This document shows, piece by piece, positions 63,265 through 63,928 of a stretch of 63,928 nt of DNA. The notes below the pieces were generated by a model. It was not told where the DNA came from, searched no databases, and saw only the letters and a program-made list of their open reading frames with translations. The DNA is taken from NCBI RefSeq assembly GCF_004010195.1, contig NC_057718.1, positions 38,839,263-38,903,190 of the forward strand, given 5' to 3'. A program made the position numbers and the translations under genes. Position 1 is the stretch's first letter; each line of letters starts with the position of its first letter. This DNA comes from Chiloscyllium plagiosum. Lineage: Eukaryota.

Positions 63265-63928
63265 GGAACGAGGTTGGCATGGTGGATTGCATTGAATATG
63301 AGTTCCCACGTTGAGGTTGTTAACCTGGACCAATCAGGGCGTGCCGGCTGACAGATATAAACAGGAGTCTCCGTACTCGCGGGTTCGAGTGGCTGTCGGA
63401 GGGGAGGGCCGTGGCGGCGAGGGTGACCAGGGTCGGGGACATGCTGGGTGCCGGTGGCCTGGGCTGGACGCTGCCGCAGGACATAGCGAGCAGGGCAGCG
63501 GTAGACCTCCAGTACGTGGCCACCGCCATCCGACGCCTCAAAACGGCGGTGCTCGGACCTGACGTAGTGCACCAGTTGGAGGACGCTCAGGTGTGCGGTG
63601 GGATCCCGTCCGCGCTCACCCCAGCCCGGACGGAATTTCACATTGGCTCCAAGGTCCCGTACTTCCCGCGGGAGCCTGTGCCCCACAACCTGAGCCGCCT
63701 CCGAAATTTTAATTTTGCTTTGTTTAGGGATATAAAAAGAACCCTGTATAGACTGCTGCTGCACACCGTCCACCTCTTCTCCCTCATCCACCGTCCGGAC
63801 ACGCCTTGGCGTGCCCATTTGCCACCGGGCGGTGGGGATCCCCAGTGGAGGGCTCTCTACGCGGGAGTCCTCCCCCTTTCTCTCGGGGATCTGGGGTGGA
63901 GGGTGCTGCACGCAGCAGTCCCCTACAA
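63265..63928 (+). mobile_element. 5'-truncated Tx1-type LINE ORF2 fragment (zf-RVT region), GC/CpG-rich, continues past window end
   Basis: LYRLLLHTVHLFSLIHRPDTPWRAHLPPGGGDPQWRALYAGVLPLSLGDLGWRVLHAAVPY matches the Tx1 WxxLY..GDLxWRVLH motif. Confidence 0.85.

Noticed and set aside
63252..63911. 219-aa minus-strand ORF or CpG-island gene
   Set aside because: Antisense shadow of GC-rich Tx1 ORF2; the recognisable motifs are on the plus strand.
1..63928. Prokaryotic systems (CRISPR array, operons, retron or defence loci)
   Set aside because: No regularly spaced direct repeats or dense ORFs; all RT motifs belong to eukaryotic CR1, Tx1 or PLE retroelements.

Overview
Eukaryotic, repeat-dense DNA. 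The repeat set (CR1 LINEs, HE1/V-SINE-type tRNA SINEs, Tx1 LINEs, Penelope-like elements, Harbinger remnants) points to a cartilaginous fish, most likely a shark; this is inferred from repeat families only. I recognise no intact host gene; the window looks intronic or intergenic, and most ORF-track entries are transposon fragments or noise. Main contents: (1) several decayed CR1 LINEs, one near full length with a zinc-finger/SGNH-esterase ORF1; (2) a full-length but frameshifted Tx1-type L1-clade retrotransposon (17042-22356, minus strand) with a 20-bp target-site duplication (TSD); (3) at least nine Penelope-like (PLE) insertions, most with 13-16-bp TSDs. One keeps a GIY-YIG endonuclease remnant, most are short non-coding fold-back elements, and many carry minimal hammerhead-ribozyme cores (CTGATGA-stem-GAAA-palindrome) of at least two sequence families; (4) decayed PIF/Harbinger transposase and Myb/SANT genes; (5) a pogo-type transposase relic; (6) SINEs and microsatellites. 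Two speculative phase-compatible exon chains, one per strand, are reported as hypotheses only. All family assignments come from motif recognition by eye, with no database search.
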